Source: Candidatus Parcubacteria bacterium
Lineage (GTDB): Bacteria; Patescibacteriota; Minisyncoccia; Phycocordibacterales; Zambryskibacteraceae
Assembly (NCBI GenBank): GCA_019658995.1
Contig: JAIFWN010000002.1
Span: forward strand, 29,262-93,261
DNA: 64,000 nt
Reading direction: 5' to 3'
Part shown: positions 27,612-37,480 of the stretch, one piece after another
Layout of the letters: each line of letters starts with the position of its first letter
Position numbering within the stretch: the first letter of the stretch is position 1
Made by a program: the position numbers and the translations under genes
The notes under the pieces: model-generated
Databases searched by the model: none
What the model was told of the DNA's origin: nothing
Seen by the model: the letters and a program-made list of their open reading frames with translations, nothing else

Positions 27612-28599
27612 AGAATGGAACATCATCGTCGTCATCGAGAGAGCCCCAAGGATCGCCAGTCTGAATGCCAATGGGAGCCCTTCCTTGTGGTGGCGGAATG
27701 AAGGGCTTCTTCCGTGTCTGGTGCCGCAACTGTGCATACTCGGAGAAAACCTTGGTCTCGAGCCTATTGCGCGGTCTAGAAGCATCGGTAGAGGCTTGCA
27801 AGAGCCCGATCATGCCATGAACTCTCTGGAGCAGTTTGGGATCCTCCGAGCGCTCCGCTACATGCATGAGACCGCGGATTTTGTACAGATACCAGCGCGG
27901 CAGATACACCCGGCCGCCGTATTCAAGCCCGATACCGTTGATCTCAATACGATGCTTCTTGAGATCGAGGACTCGGCTCTTGTGGTGGCCGATACGTAAT
28001 CCAGACAGCGATATGAGCTCGCGGATCTTCTCCCTCTTGCGTGCTCCGATCACCTGTTTTGATGAGAACGTCAGATCGTCAAGATACCGACTGTAGGTAA
28101 CCTCATGACGTAGGCAATACTCGCGCATTTGCCCATCCATAAGAACAGCACAATAGATGTTGAAGAGATCCGGAGAGCTCGGTGAACCGGTAATGAGCCC
28201 TCCCTGCTCGGTCATGCAGAACTGACGGAGAAAGGCGTACACCTCAGATTCTCTGACCTGAGTGTCCAGACCGGCGAGCACTGCGGCTAGCCGGTGGCTA
28301 TCCACAGAGTCGAAGGCGCTAGAGATATCCGTCAAATAGAAATATCGGTTGTGCCGATGCCTCAGTACATTGCGCAGTGCACTACCGCCTGGCTTCGAGG
28401 CAGCAGAGGTGAGATCCACCGCCTTAATACGCCGCAAATTGATCACAAGCCGATCGTGCAGGTACTTCATCGCCTCGTTCGGCGTGTGCAATGTTCTCAT
28501 CCTGGAGGTACGTCCAAGAGGATTGACATCGCGCTTCTGCCAGGCCTTGAACTCGGCCTTCGTGCCTGATCGAGGCAGATCGATGCCGTCAAAGATCAT
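27610..28599 (-). CDS. reverse transcriptase, standalone (retron-like or unclassified RT), with an acidic DDDDDVPF C-terminus
   Basis: The protein has an RT finger/palm region …YFYLTDISSAFDSV (motif A-like), ITGSPSSPDLFNIYC (motif B, QGxxxSP type) and YSRYLDDLTFS (YxDD). A post-palm LRIGHHKSRV…RIEINGIGL segment resembles the retron thumb/VTG region. A strong AAGGAGG SD lies 4 nt before the ATG. Confidence 0.85.
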   Translation of the reverse strand: MIFDGIDLPRSGTKAEFKAWQKRDVNPLGRTSRMRTLHTPNEAMKYLHDRLVINLRRIKAVDLTSAASKPGGSALRNVLRHRHNRYFYLTDISSAFDSVDSHRLAAVLAGLDTQVRESEVYAFLRQFCMTEQGGLITGSPSSPDLFNIYCAVLMDGQMREYCLRHEVTYSRYLDDLTFSSKQVIGARKREKIRELISLSGLRIGHHKSRVLDLKKHRIEINGIGLEYGGRVYLPRWYLYKIRGLMHVAERSEDPKLLQRVHGMIGLLQASTDASRPRNRLETKVFSEYAQLRHQTRKKPFIPPPQGRAPIGIQTGDPWGSLDDDDDVPF

Positions 28600-28685
28600 G
28601 CATCCTCCTTATGTGTCTAGCGCCATGCTATCGCGCCACTATGTCATTTGCAAGAAAAATCCCGCAAAGCGGGGTGTGGCTCGGG

Positions 28686-28929
28686 GGTTCTGGGAGATGA
28701 AGCTCTTATGCGGTTTCCCTAGTACCGGTGTGAACCGATACATATCGAGAAAGAGGATCGGGTGCACGTTCTCCGTCTTCGGGAGAAGAGGAGAGCGCGA
28801 ACGCTCGGGGAGATCGCCTTGAGGCAATTCCCTCTTCGCTGTGAATACAGCGAACGTGATGGTTGAACATGTGTGGACACCAGTACTACTCTACCTTCAA
28901 ACAAACACTGCACCTGCTCTCCCAGAACC
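28686..28929 (-). ncRNA. candidate structured ncRNA upstream of the RT (retron msr/msd-like), bounded by a 12-bp perfect inverted repeat
   Basis: The sequence ggttctgggaga at 28686-28697 has its exact reverse complement at 28918-28929. The interior is non-coding and rich in short perfect hairpins, for example uucgcugu-auuc-acagcgaa and gagcg-uucg-cgcuc. Confidence 0.35.
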
Positions 28930-28941
28930 GCATATCTTGGT

Positions 28942-30159
<1,218 letters not shown>

Positions 30160-30252
30160 TCAGTTCTTTACCATAGCATACGTCATGGATGAGCCTTTCA
30201 TCCGTCTACTTGGGCGGATAGTACCTTCCCAAAACCCTCCCAGGAGGTACTC

Positions 30253-30972
30253 TTGCTAATGGCTGTACCCCAGGCTTCGTTAGAACGGTCGCCCAAAAGC
30301 CCCGACCATATTCCAGATACTTCAAGGATCAGGAATACTGCCGCCGAGATCATGTTCAGACACGATCGGGAAGCAGAGGATCTCGATGATCGAATGTATC
30401 TCTCCAAATGGAGCCTCACGAATCACAGTACCCGCCTCTCGATGATTATGGGGACGATTTGCCGGAAACGGAATCTTGCTCCCATGCTTGTGCAGCTTGG
30501 TGAGGATATGGGTTTTCTCCACGATGTGAGCAAGGCGCACCCTGCAAACAGCAAGCATCGTGAACGTCGTGAATGGAGCGAGAGTGAGCGGGTAGAATTT
30601 CGCTGCCGGCACCCAGCCGATTCGGCCCTCTGGATCGAGAGCTTTCGGAACCAGGTGTGCATCGATGACTGGTCACCCTACTACGAATGGCTGATAACCG
30701 GTGTTACATGCCACCACGACCCTAGCGGCATCAAAGACCCGCCATGGCTCATCCAGATGGTCTACGATGTCTGTTTCGCGGATAAATTCGAAAGCGCGAT
30801 GGAGGATCGAGAAAACCCAAAGATGGGCCAGGGCGGAGCGGTTGAGTTCGTGCAGAGTTACGAGATCGAGCGTGAGAATCCGAATCACTCTTTGAGATTG
30901 CGCTACATATTTTCATCGAAGCTCATCATCGCAGAGCTCTATGGGTTGAATCTTGAGGAGCTGGACGCCTAA
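30253..30972 (+). CDS. hypothetical protein, Cys/His-rich (start uncertain)
   Basis: The 239-aa ORF is divergent from tgt. It is the first gene of a three-gene plus-strand island of hypothetical proteins. Confidence 0.45.
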   Translation: MLMAVPQASLERSPKSPDHIPDTSRIRNTAAEIMFRHDREAEDLDDRMYLSKWSLTNHSTRLSMIMGTICRKRNLAPMLVQLGEDMGFLHDVSKAHPANSKHRERREWSESERVEFRCRHPADSALWIESFRNQVCIDDWSPYYEWLITGVTCHHDPSGIKDPPWLIQMVYDVCFADKFESAMEDRENPKMGQGGAVEFVQSYEIERENPNHSLRLRYIFSSKLIIAELYGLNLEELDA

Positions 30973-30976
30973 TTTG

Positions 30977-31020
30977 CGTCCGGTTTTTTATTTGACAAAG
31001 CCAGTTTTTATGATAATTTG
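30977..31020 (+). repeat. direct repeat copy 1 (44 bp): terminator 3' arm, U-tract and sigma70-like promoter (TTGACA-16-TAATTT)
   Basis: The sequence cgtccggttttttatttgacaaagccagtttttatgataatttg is identical to the copy at 31473-31516. It is preceded by the hairpin gacgc-ctaattt-gcgtc. Confidence 0.7.
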
Positions 31021-31051
31021 ACGAGAGACTCACTCAACCTATGGGGCTTCT

Positions 31052-31468
31052 ATGAAGGAGCTTCCTTCATCCACTAGAGATCTGAAACTCCTCTTTAAAT
31101 CAGCAACAAGAGAATCTGTATTACGAGGCGGAACCCGCAGCAGAGAACAGCTCGAGGAAATCGAGCAGAGGTGGAGGCAGGCATCCACCATAGAGCTCAC
31201 AGTTGCATCAAGTAAGGAAGAGTTGTTCTCCGCTTGTGAGAACTCCTCACCTTACGTGCAGGAGCTTCTGCCGGCGTTACGCCGCCTTATGGATCTCTGT
31301 GATTCCTCAGAAGATGGGATTCGGCTTCTGCCTTTGATGGGTGATGCCCCTGAGAGCATCAGGAGAAAAATACTCGTCAAAGCATTCAAGTTGACCCCTC
31401 ACTCGACTGCCAGGACAATCAGCAAATTGCTAAGGGAAAAAGAAGGCTTTTATACTCCGGACGACTAA
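31052..31468 (+). CDS. hypothetical protein (138 aa)
   Basis: The ORF is flanked on both sides by the identical 44-bp terminator/promoter cassette. Confidence 0.5.
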   Translation: MKELPSSTRDLKLLFKSATRESVLRGGTRSREQLEEIEQRWRQASTIELTVASSKEELFSACENSSPYVQELLPALRRLMDLCDSSEDGIRLLPLMGDAPESIRRKILVKAFKLTPHSTARTISKLLREKEGFYTPDD

Positions 31469-31472
31469 CCCT

Positions 31473-31516
31473 CGTCCGGTTTTTTATTTGACAAAGCCAG
31501 TTTTTATGATAATTTG
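31473..31516 (+). repeat. direct repeat copy 2 (44 bp): terminator (ccggacga-ctaaccc-tcgtccgg + U6) plus identical promoter
   Basis: The sequence is identical to 30977-31020. The -35 TTGACA is at about 31488-31493 and the -10 TAATTT at about 31510-31515. Confidence 0.7.
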
Positions 31517-31554
31517 TAGAAGGATGTCCATCACAACTCCTACTGGAGAAAATT

Positions 31555-32316
31555 ATGAGCCCGGTGTGGATTATCGTTGCCTTTCTGCTTGCTCCGACTT
31601 ACCTGTGGTTCAGAGACCGTAAGGATGGGAAGTTACTTCGCTTGCTGGAGAACATTTTCGCTAAGGGAGACGTCGAGTACGCTTTATCGCAGCTCGAAAA
31701 TGTATCACCCTACAAAAATACGATCTGGAAAGCGCTCGTCATGTGGATCATCACATTCGCAGACAAGGCCTATTTGCTGAAAGACCTTTGGCACGATGAG
31801 ACGAAGCGAATCCATTGGGATACATATCCCTACTCACGTATCGAACCGATCCTCTTCGCTAGATGGGATATGCTTTCGGCACAAGAGCTGTCAAGGATTG
31901 CTGAGGACAGGAATTGGAACGTCGCCTTCAATACCTTTCTGAATACCAGAGAAGGCAGCACTCCTCAGCTTAACGCCTTCGGACTTCTACTCGAGTGGAC
32001 CAGGAGTTTTGCGGAGGGCTATACACTAGCATGCTCCTGCAATAGCGAGAGTGCTTATCGCAGTCATGCTGCCAAGCGCGCCTCGGAGTTCGCTACGAAT
32101 CCCGAGGAAATCCGGCAGCTTCTGGATTTGGAGGGCCTATCGGAGAATCCAGATCTATGGGCAAAGTTCGCCGAGCTCATAGACAGCTCTGACAGGCTCT
32201 CTTACATCATGGCCAAAACTCCGGTGAGCAGCCGGGCATGGATGATAGCCTTCGAGAAGCTCAAGGCCATGGAAGATCCGGCACAAGAGCACTCCAGCAC
32301 CTTCGCAGCGCCTTAA
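31555..32316 (+). CDS. hypothetical protein with an N-terminal TM helix (253 aa)
   Basis: A GGAGAAAATT SD precedes the ATG. The gene is driven by the second copy of the repeated promoter. Confidence 0.5.
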   Translation: MSPVWIIVAFLLAPTYLWFRDRKDGKLLRLLENIFAKGDVEYALSQLENVSPYKNTIWKALVMWIITFADKAYLLKDLWHDETKRIHWDTYPYSRIEPILFARWDMLSAQELSRIAEDRNWNVAFNTFLNTREGSTPQLNAFGLLLEWTRSFAEGYTLACSCNSESAYRSHAAKRASEFATNPEEIRQLLDLEGLSENPDLWAKFAELIDSSDRLSYIMAKTPVSSRAWMIAFEKLKAMEDPAQEHSSTFAAP

Positions 32317-32336
32317 CCGGCGCTGTTTTTTATTTT
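32296..32336 (+). terminator. rho-independent terminator
   Basis: The sequence cagcgcc-ttaacc-ggcgctg forms the stem, followed by ttttttatttttt. It lies between convergent genes. Confidence 0.55.
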
Positions 32337-33343
32337 TTAGCGATTATAGATTTTTTATAGATATCCAGATGCTGGAGAGCGATACCGGTGCCTAGAGCTA
32401 CGCAGTATAAAGCATCTTTGGCTAGAATGGCTTTCACTCCGGTGCGGCGTAAAACCAGTTCGGGAAAATTTCGGAGCTGAGAAGAGCCGCCGGTCATAAT
32501 AATGCCCTTATCTATAATGTCCGATGAGAGTTCCGGCGGAGTGTCCTGGAAAACATCCTTGATAGCCCCGATCATATCTCGAAGCTCGCGCGATATGGCC
32601 TTGGTAACCTCATTAGTTTTCAGCTCCACAGTACGCGGCAAACCGAGGACGAAGTCGCGCCCGTTGACCTTCATAGTAAGCTCATCCTCGATCGGTATGG
32701 CACTCCCGATCTGAATCTTGATTTCTTCCGCAGTCTTATCCCCTATTGAAAGATTATATGTGCGTTTAACATACTCTTGTATGGCTGCATCTATCTTATT
32801 TCCCGCTACTTTTACCGATGTTGAGGCTACGATACCGCCCAAGGAGATAACCGCTACGTCCGTAGTGCCGCCGCCAATATCTACGATCATATGCCCGGCC
32901 GCCTCCTGTATTGGTATACCCGCACCAATAGCCGCAAGTATGGGCTCCTTAACCACATACGCATTCTTGGCTCCGGCCTTTAGCGCCGCTTCTATAACGG
33001 CCCGACGCTCCGTGGAAGTAACACCGGCCGGTACTGATACGAGAACATCGGGCTTAAAAATATTCCATTTTCCCAGCGATTTGTTTATATAGTAGCGGAG
33101 CATGGCCTCGGTTACGCGATAGTCAGCTATGACCCCGTCCTTCATCGGCCGGTAAGCCACAATATCCTCCGGCGTGCGGCCTATCATAGTCTTGGCTTCG
33201 GCCCCGATAGCCAGAATCCGGTTGTCATCTTCTGATACCGCTACAACCGATGGCTCGTTGAGGACGATGCCGGTACCGGGCACGAAAACCAGAATGTTAG
33301 TTGTACCCAAATCTATACCCAATTTTCGAGAAAAGCTCCGCAT
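32330..33343 (-). CDS. mreB: rod shape-determining protein MreB
   Basis: The 337-aa ORF has the actin-like motifs GIDLGTTN, …DIGGGTTD… and …IMTGGSSQL…. Confidence 0.9.
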   Translation of the reverse strand: MRSFSRKLGIDLGTTNILVFVPGTGIVLNEPSVVAVSEDDNRILAIGAEAKTMIGRTPEDIVAYRPMKDGVIADYRVTEAMLRYYINKSLGKWNIFKPDVLVSVPAGVTSTERRAVIEAALKAGAKNAYVVKEPILAAIGAGIPIQEAAGHMIVDIGGGTTDVAVISLGGIVASTSVKVAGNKIDAAIQEYVKRTYNLSIGDKTAEEIKIQIGSAIPIEDELTMKVNGRDFVLGLPRTVELKTNEVTKAISRELRDMIGAIKDVFQDTPPELSSDIIDKGIIMTGGSSQLRNFPELVLRRTGVKAILAKDALYCVALGTGIALQHLDIYKKSIIAKK

Positions 33344-33389
33344 GGGCTTTAATATAGCCTCTTAGCTATAATGAGGCAATCTACGATTT

Positions 33390-35255
33390 ATGAGTAAGCC
33401 CATGCAGATAGTCGAAGTCATACCAATAGTCAAAGGCATTACCAGGCCCACTCTTTCCTATTTCACCAAAGATAAGTTCGAGCCGGGAAGCTTTGTCCGA
33501 GTACCTGTAAGAAGCGGGGTCACACTTGGCATAGTCAGCACTTCTGTCGACGCGCATAAGGCCAAGAGCTCGATTAAAGGAGCTGATTTCGTTCTTCGCA
33601 AATTATCCATGGTAGAAAAAGCCGGAGGACTCTCCGAACCCTTTATGCAAGCAGTCAAGGATACTGCCGACTTCTACGCAGTTACGAGCGGCAGTATTTT
33701 GAGCGTCCTCGTGCCAAAAATTTTCCTCGAGCATCCTGAACTTCTCTCCAAGCAAAAGAAGGATAATAAGAAAAAGCAAATCAAAGAATTAAAGATTGTT
33801 CAGCTCGGAGACGAAGAGCGCTACCGCGAGTACCGAGGAATCGTCCGTGAATGCTTTGCCCGAAGCACTTCCGCTATGATCGTAGTACCCACCAGGGAGG
33901 ACGCCTTGAGAGCCGAGAGTCTTCTCTCATACGGCATAGAACGCTTTGTCTACAATATAACCAGTCAGTCGCCGAATAAGCTCAAGAAACTGCTCAAAAA
34001 CGCAAGGGATGAGAAGCACCCCATACTTGTGATAACCACTCCGTCGCTAGTGGCTTTCGACCGGACTGACCTCGACACGTACATCCTGGAGAAAGAAAAC
34101 TCCAGGGCTTATCGGGTCCTCTCCCGCCCGTTCATTCATATAAAGAATTTTCTCAAATATTTTACGAAGGCCAAAGGAGCAACGCTTATACTTGGCGATT
34201 CGGTCTTATCACTAGAAACTCTTTGGCGAGAGAGGGAGGGAGAATACGCGGAATTCTCTCCACTGACCTGGCGGCTGAAGCAGAGTGCCGAAGCCGAGAT
34301 CATAGATATGCGGGTCAAAAAAAACTTTGACATACTCTCTGAGAGACTGATAGAGAGAATCAAACATTCGCTGGCTTTAAATAAGAAAGTATTCCTCTTC
34401 GGTGTGCGCAAAGGCGTGGCCTCAGCCACAATCTGCGGAGATTGCGGCTCGCTTCTACTTTGCAGAAACTGCCAGGCTCCGCTCGTCCTCCACTCCGAGC
34501 CGCTTTATCTTTGTCATCACTGCGGAGCCAAGCGCATCGCTGATACCCGGTGCGATACATGCCAGAGCTGGAAACTTACCCCGCTTGGCCTCGGCACTGA
34601 TCGTATAGCCCTCGAATGTGCCAAGATTTTCCCTGATGCCGAAGTAATCGTCATAGATAAGGATCATGCATCCACGCAGTCAGAGGCTAGGTCTTTGGTC
34701 AGGAAATTCGAAGAGAGTGAACGCGCTATACTGGTGGGCACGGAGCTGGCACTCCAATATATACAGAGAGTACCTGTAGTAGCCGCAGTCTCGCTCGATA
34801 CATTGTTTGCCGTGCCGGATTTTTATATAAATGAGAGGATCTTCTATCTGGTAACACGCCTGAGAGAAGCAGCTGAGGAGCACTTCATCCTGCAAACCAG
34901 GAACGCCGGCACCGAGATACTCGATTTTGCGGCCGCTGGCAATATTCTGGACTTCTACCGCACAGAGATAGCCGAGAGAGAGGGTCTGTCCTATCCACCG
35001 TTCTCAATTTTCATAAAAGTCAGTGCCGACGAACTACCTGAGAAGATAGAGAGAGAGGCCGCGGGTCTGCAGGCATCTTTCGGCTCTTTCAATCCGCACT
35101 TTAGGCTCGAGACCAGGGGGAAGGGAGGCAAGCAAACTCTTTCGATGATTCTGCGCCAGCCCGGGGATCGGTGGCCGCACAAGGAGCTTCGCGACAAACT
35201 GCTTTTGCTTCCGCCGGACTTTACGGTTAAAGTAGACCCCGAGAGCATACTCTGA
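33390..35255 (+). CDS. priA: primosomal protein N' (PriA)-like, with degenerate helicase ATPase motifs
   Basis: The protein has a PriA N-terminal 3'-DNA-binding region (VEVIPIVKGITRPTLSYF…VRVPVRSGVTLGIVS) and a characteristic Cys-rich zinc region (CGDCGSLLLCRNCQAPLV…CHHCG…CDTCQS). No GxxxxGK[ST] Walker A is present, and the Walker B position reads LEKEN instead of DEEH. Confidence 0.6.
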   Translation: MSKPMQIVEVIPIVKGITRPTLSYFTKDKFEPGSFVRVPVRSGVTLGIVSTSVDAHKAKSSIKGADFVLRKLSMVEKAGGLSEPFMQAVKDTADFYAVTSGSILSVLVPKIFLEHPELLSKQKKDNKKKQIKELKIVQLGDEERYREYRGIVRECFARSTSAMIVVPTREDALRAESLLSYGIERFVYNITSQSPNKLKKLLKNARDEKHPILVITTPSLVAFDRTDLDTYILEKENSRAYRVLSRPFIHIKNFLKYFTKAKGATLILGDSVLSLETLWREREGEYAEFSPLTWRLKQSAEAEIIDMRVKKNFDILSERLIERIKHSLALNKKVFLFGVRKGVASATICGDCGSLLLCRNCQAPLVLHSEPLYLCHHCGAKRIADTRCDTCQSWKLTPLGLGTDRIALECAKIFPDAEVIVIDKDHASTQSEARSLVRKFEESERAILVGTELALQYIQRVPVVAAVSLDTLFAVPDFYINERIFYLVTRLREAAEEHFILQTRNAGTEILDFAAAGNILDFYRTEIAEREGLSYPPFSIFIKVSADELPEKIEREAAGLQASFGSFNPHFRLETRGKGGKQTLSMILRQPGDRWPHKELRDKLLLLPPDFTVKVDPESIL

Positions 35256-35256
35256 T

Positions 35257-35799
35257 ATGAAAATCCTTCAGAAAGAAGACCCAGTCCTGCGCAAGATCGC
35301 CCTTGAGGTGCCTATTAAGGATATCCAGTCAAAAAAAATCCAGAGTGTCATAAAGAAAATGAGTAAGATTCTCTCGACTCAGGATGACGGAGTTGCTATT
35401 GCCGCTCCCCAAATCGGAGAGAGTCTCAGAATCTTCGTCGTAAGCGGCAAGGTCTTCACGATGAAGCGCGGCAAGGATAGGAAGATGCACGCTGATGCGG
35501 ACGCACAGCTTCTGCCGGATATGATTTTCATAAATCCTAAGATCACTAAACTTTCAAAGAAAAAGCAAAGCATGGAGGAAGGATGCCTTTCGGTACGCTG
35601 GCTTTATGGCAGAGTTGTAAGAAGCGAAAAGGCCACAGTCCATGCTTACGACGAGCATGGAAAAGCTTTTACCAAGGGTGCCTCGGGCCTTCTTGCCCAG
35701 GCCTTTCAGCATGAAATTGATCACCTTGACGGGATACTCTTCATAGATAAAGCTACGGATATAGAAGATCTTCCTCCCGAAACTGCAAAAAATGAGTAA
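35257..35799 (+). CDS. def: peptide deformylase
   Basis: The protein has the three conserved motifs GVAIAAPQIG, EGCLS and QHEIDHLDG. Confidence 0.9.
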   Translation: MKILQKEDPVLRKIALEVPIKDIQSKKIQSVIKKMSKILSTQDDGVAIAAPQIGESLRIFVVSGKVFTMKRGKDRKMHADADAQLLPDMIFINPKITKLSKKKQSMEEGCLSVRWLYGRVVRSEKATVHAYDEHGKAFTKGASGLLAQAFQHEIDHLDGILFIDKATDIEDLPPETAKNE

Positions 35800-36511
35800 A
35801 CCTTCTTTTATATTTTTTGGTTCCTCAAAATTTTCCAGATATGTTCTGGATACGCTCATAGATCATGGTTATGAGCCGGTGCTGAACATAACGTCTGCCA
35901 AAACTCCCCTGCCCGCACTTCCGGATGCGGAAGTATTTATAGTGGCATCTTTTGGCAAGATATTGCCGGCTGACATCATATATAAGCCAAAGTACAAAAC
36001 TCTTAATGTCCATCCGTCGCTTCTTCCGAAACTCCGCGGCCCCTCGCCCATTCAGGGAGCCATACTAAGCGGTGAGGAAACGGGGGTGACGATCATGCGC
36101 ATGAATGAAAAGATGGATGAAGGTCCCATTGTGGCCGTGAAAAAGGTCAAATTTGAAAACTTGCCGGAGAGATACATCGAGGCTGAGAAAGCGCTTGGTG
36201 TAGCAGGGGGAGAACTGCTGACAGAAATCCTGCCTAAGTGGACAGCCGGAGAAATAGAGGAAATTCCACAGAACGACTCGGAATCGACCTACACCAGGAT
36301 GATAAGAAAGGAGGATGCGGATATATCCAAGGATCCGCCGGAAACAGCTCTAAAAAAGATCCGAGCCTATGAAGTCTGGCCGCGGGCACGCATTGGAGAG
36401 CTGATTGTGACAGAAGCTCACATCGAAGACGGCAAACTGGTTCTGGATAAAGTCATACCGCCGGGCAAGAAAGAGATGATCTATGCCGATTACCTGCGAG
36501 GCCGGCATTAG
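35792..36511 (+). CDS. fmt: methionyl-tRNA formyltransferase (short form)
   Basis: The protein has the motifs NVHPSLLPKLRGPSPIQGAIL and MDEGPI. It follows def with an 8-nt overlap. Confidence 0.85.
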   Translation: MSKPSFIFFGSSKFSRYVLDTLIDHGYEPVLNITSAKTPLPALPDAEVFIVASFGKILPADIIYKPKYKTLNVHPSLLPKLRGPSPIQGAILSGEETGVTIMRMNEKMDEGPIVAVKKVKFENLPERYIEAEKALGVAGGELLTEILPKWTAGEIEEIPQNDSESTYTRMIRKEDADISKDPPETALKKIRAYEVWPRARIGELIVTEAHIEDGKLVLDKVIPPGKKEMIYADYLRGRH

Positions 36512-36894
36512 AATTTCTTCCGGAATTTGAAGCGGCTGGAAAACCCCCGCATCATATCCTTAATCACTCGGCCTCCGTGTCGCAGGAGATGCCTCCTTTT
36601 GCCTTTGACCCTGGTGACCTCGCGGACAATCTCATCCTTGACCTCGTCTATGGCTCTGTACAGGTCGCTTGTTTCCCTCGAAGCATAGAAATCCGCTCCT
36701 CCGCCGGCGATGCGCACTTCGGCCCTGAAGACTTCTCCCTGCTTGTGGTGGTTGGTGTTCCGGCCAAGCTCAACCGCCATTACCGGGTCAGAGGCATCCG
36801 CCAAATACTTGCGAACCTTGCTCAGGCGCTTTTCAGCGTATGACAAAATCTCCGGCGTAAGTTCTATGCCGGTTGCCTTAATATTCATTTTCAT
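36508..36894 (-). CDS. hpf: ribosome hibernation promoting factor (HPF/RaiA family)
   Basis: The ORF starts MKMNIKATGIELTPEILSYAEKRLSKV… and has the typical S30AE fold sequence. Confidence 0.8.
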   Translation of the reverse strand: MKMNIKATGIELTPEILSYAEKRLSKVRKYLADASDPVMAVELGRNTNHHKQGEVFRAEVRIAGGGADFYASRETSDLYRAIDEVKDEIVREVTRVKGKRRHLLRHGGRVIKDMMRGFSSRFKFRKKF

Positions 36895-36909
36895 TACTTT
36901 AGTATACCT

Positions 36910-37047
36910 CTAGCTGCGGCCTGCCTGAGCATCCTCCTCGGCTTCATCGGCCATTTTATCCGCAGCCTCGGCATGATCCTTGGATGCCTGAGCCTTATTC
37001 TCTTTCGCCTCCTGATCCTGCTTTTCGGTTTCGCTTCTGTCTGCCAT
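36910..37047 (-). CDS. possible small acidic protein (45 aa), below the ORF-track threshold
   Basis: Hand translation gives MADRSETEKQDQEAKENKAQASKDHAEAADKMADEAEEDAQAGRS*. No clear RBS was seen, so support is weak. Confidence 0.25.
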   Translation of the reverse strand: MADRSETEKQDQEAKENKAQASKDHAEAADKMADEAEEDAQAGRS

Positions 37048-37048
37048 G

Positions 37049-37447
37049 TTATTTAAAATTAACTCTTAACGAGTGTATAAGACGGACGAGACAGAGGATT
37101 ATGGCGCCAACCATCCCTGCCAGAATATCGCTCAAGGTATCACCAAGTGATGGAATATAGTACGGCATAGAAAATCCTCTTACATACCAGCCGCCGAATT
37201 CCCAGACCTCCCACAAAAAGCTGCCGAGAACTGCACTCATAATTATGGAGCTGTAAAGAAACTCCCTCGGTAAAGTCAGCTTGCGCGAAAACCAGAGCCA
37301 CAGACACCCAAACATGATACCCGCAAGAATATGCAGAACTATATCCGCATACCAGAAGCGCGAATAAATACCGAGCGGACGCAAGAAAAAGTAATTAACC
37401 AGCTGAACTCCGAAAAGCATCACTGCCCAAAGTAGATTGCGATCCAT
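37049..37447 (-). CDS. hypothetical membrane protein (4 TM)
   Basis: The 132-aa ORF is hydrophobic. Confidence 0.5.
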   Translation of the reverse strand: MDRNLLWAVMLFGVQLVNYFFLRPLGIYSRFWYADIVLHILAGIMFGCLWLWFSRKLTLPREFLYSSIIMSAVLGSFLWEVWEFGGWYVRGFSMPYYIPSLGDTLSDILAGMVGAIILCLVRLIHSLRVNFK

Positions 37448-37480
37448 AATTACAAAGACGTACAGGATAGGTAAAAATGC

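Noticed and set aside
27610-28941. Diversity-generating retroelement (DGR) interpretation of the RT.
   Set aside because: RT motif B reads GSPSSPDLFNIY (SP, retron/group II-like) rather than the DGR-typical [IL]GxxxSQ. No template/variable repeat pair with A-to-N mismatches was seen in the flanks. A retron-like or DRT-like element is preferred.
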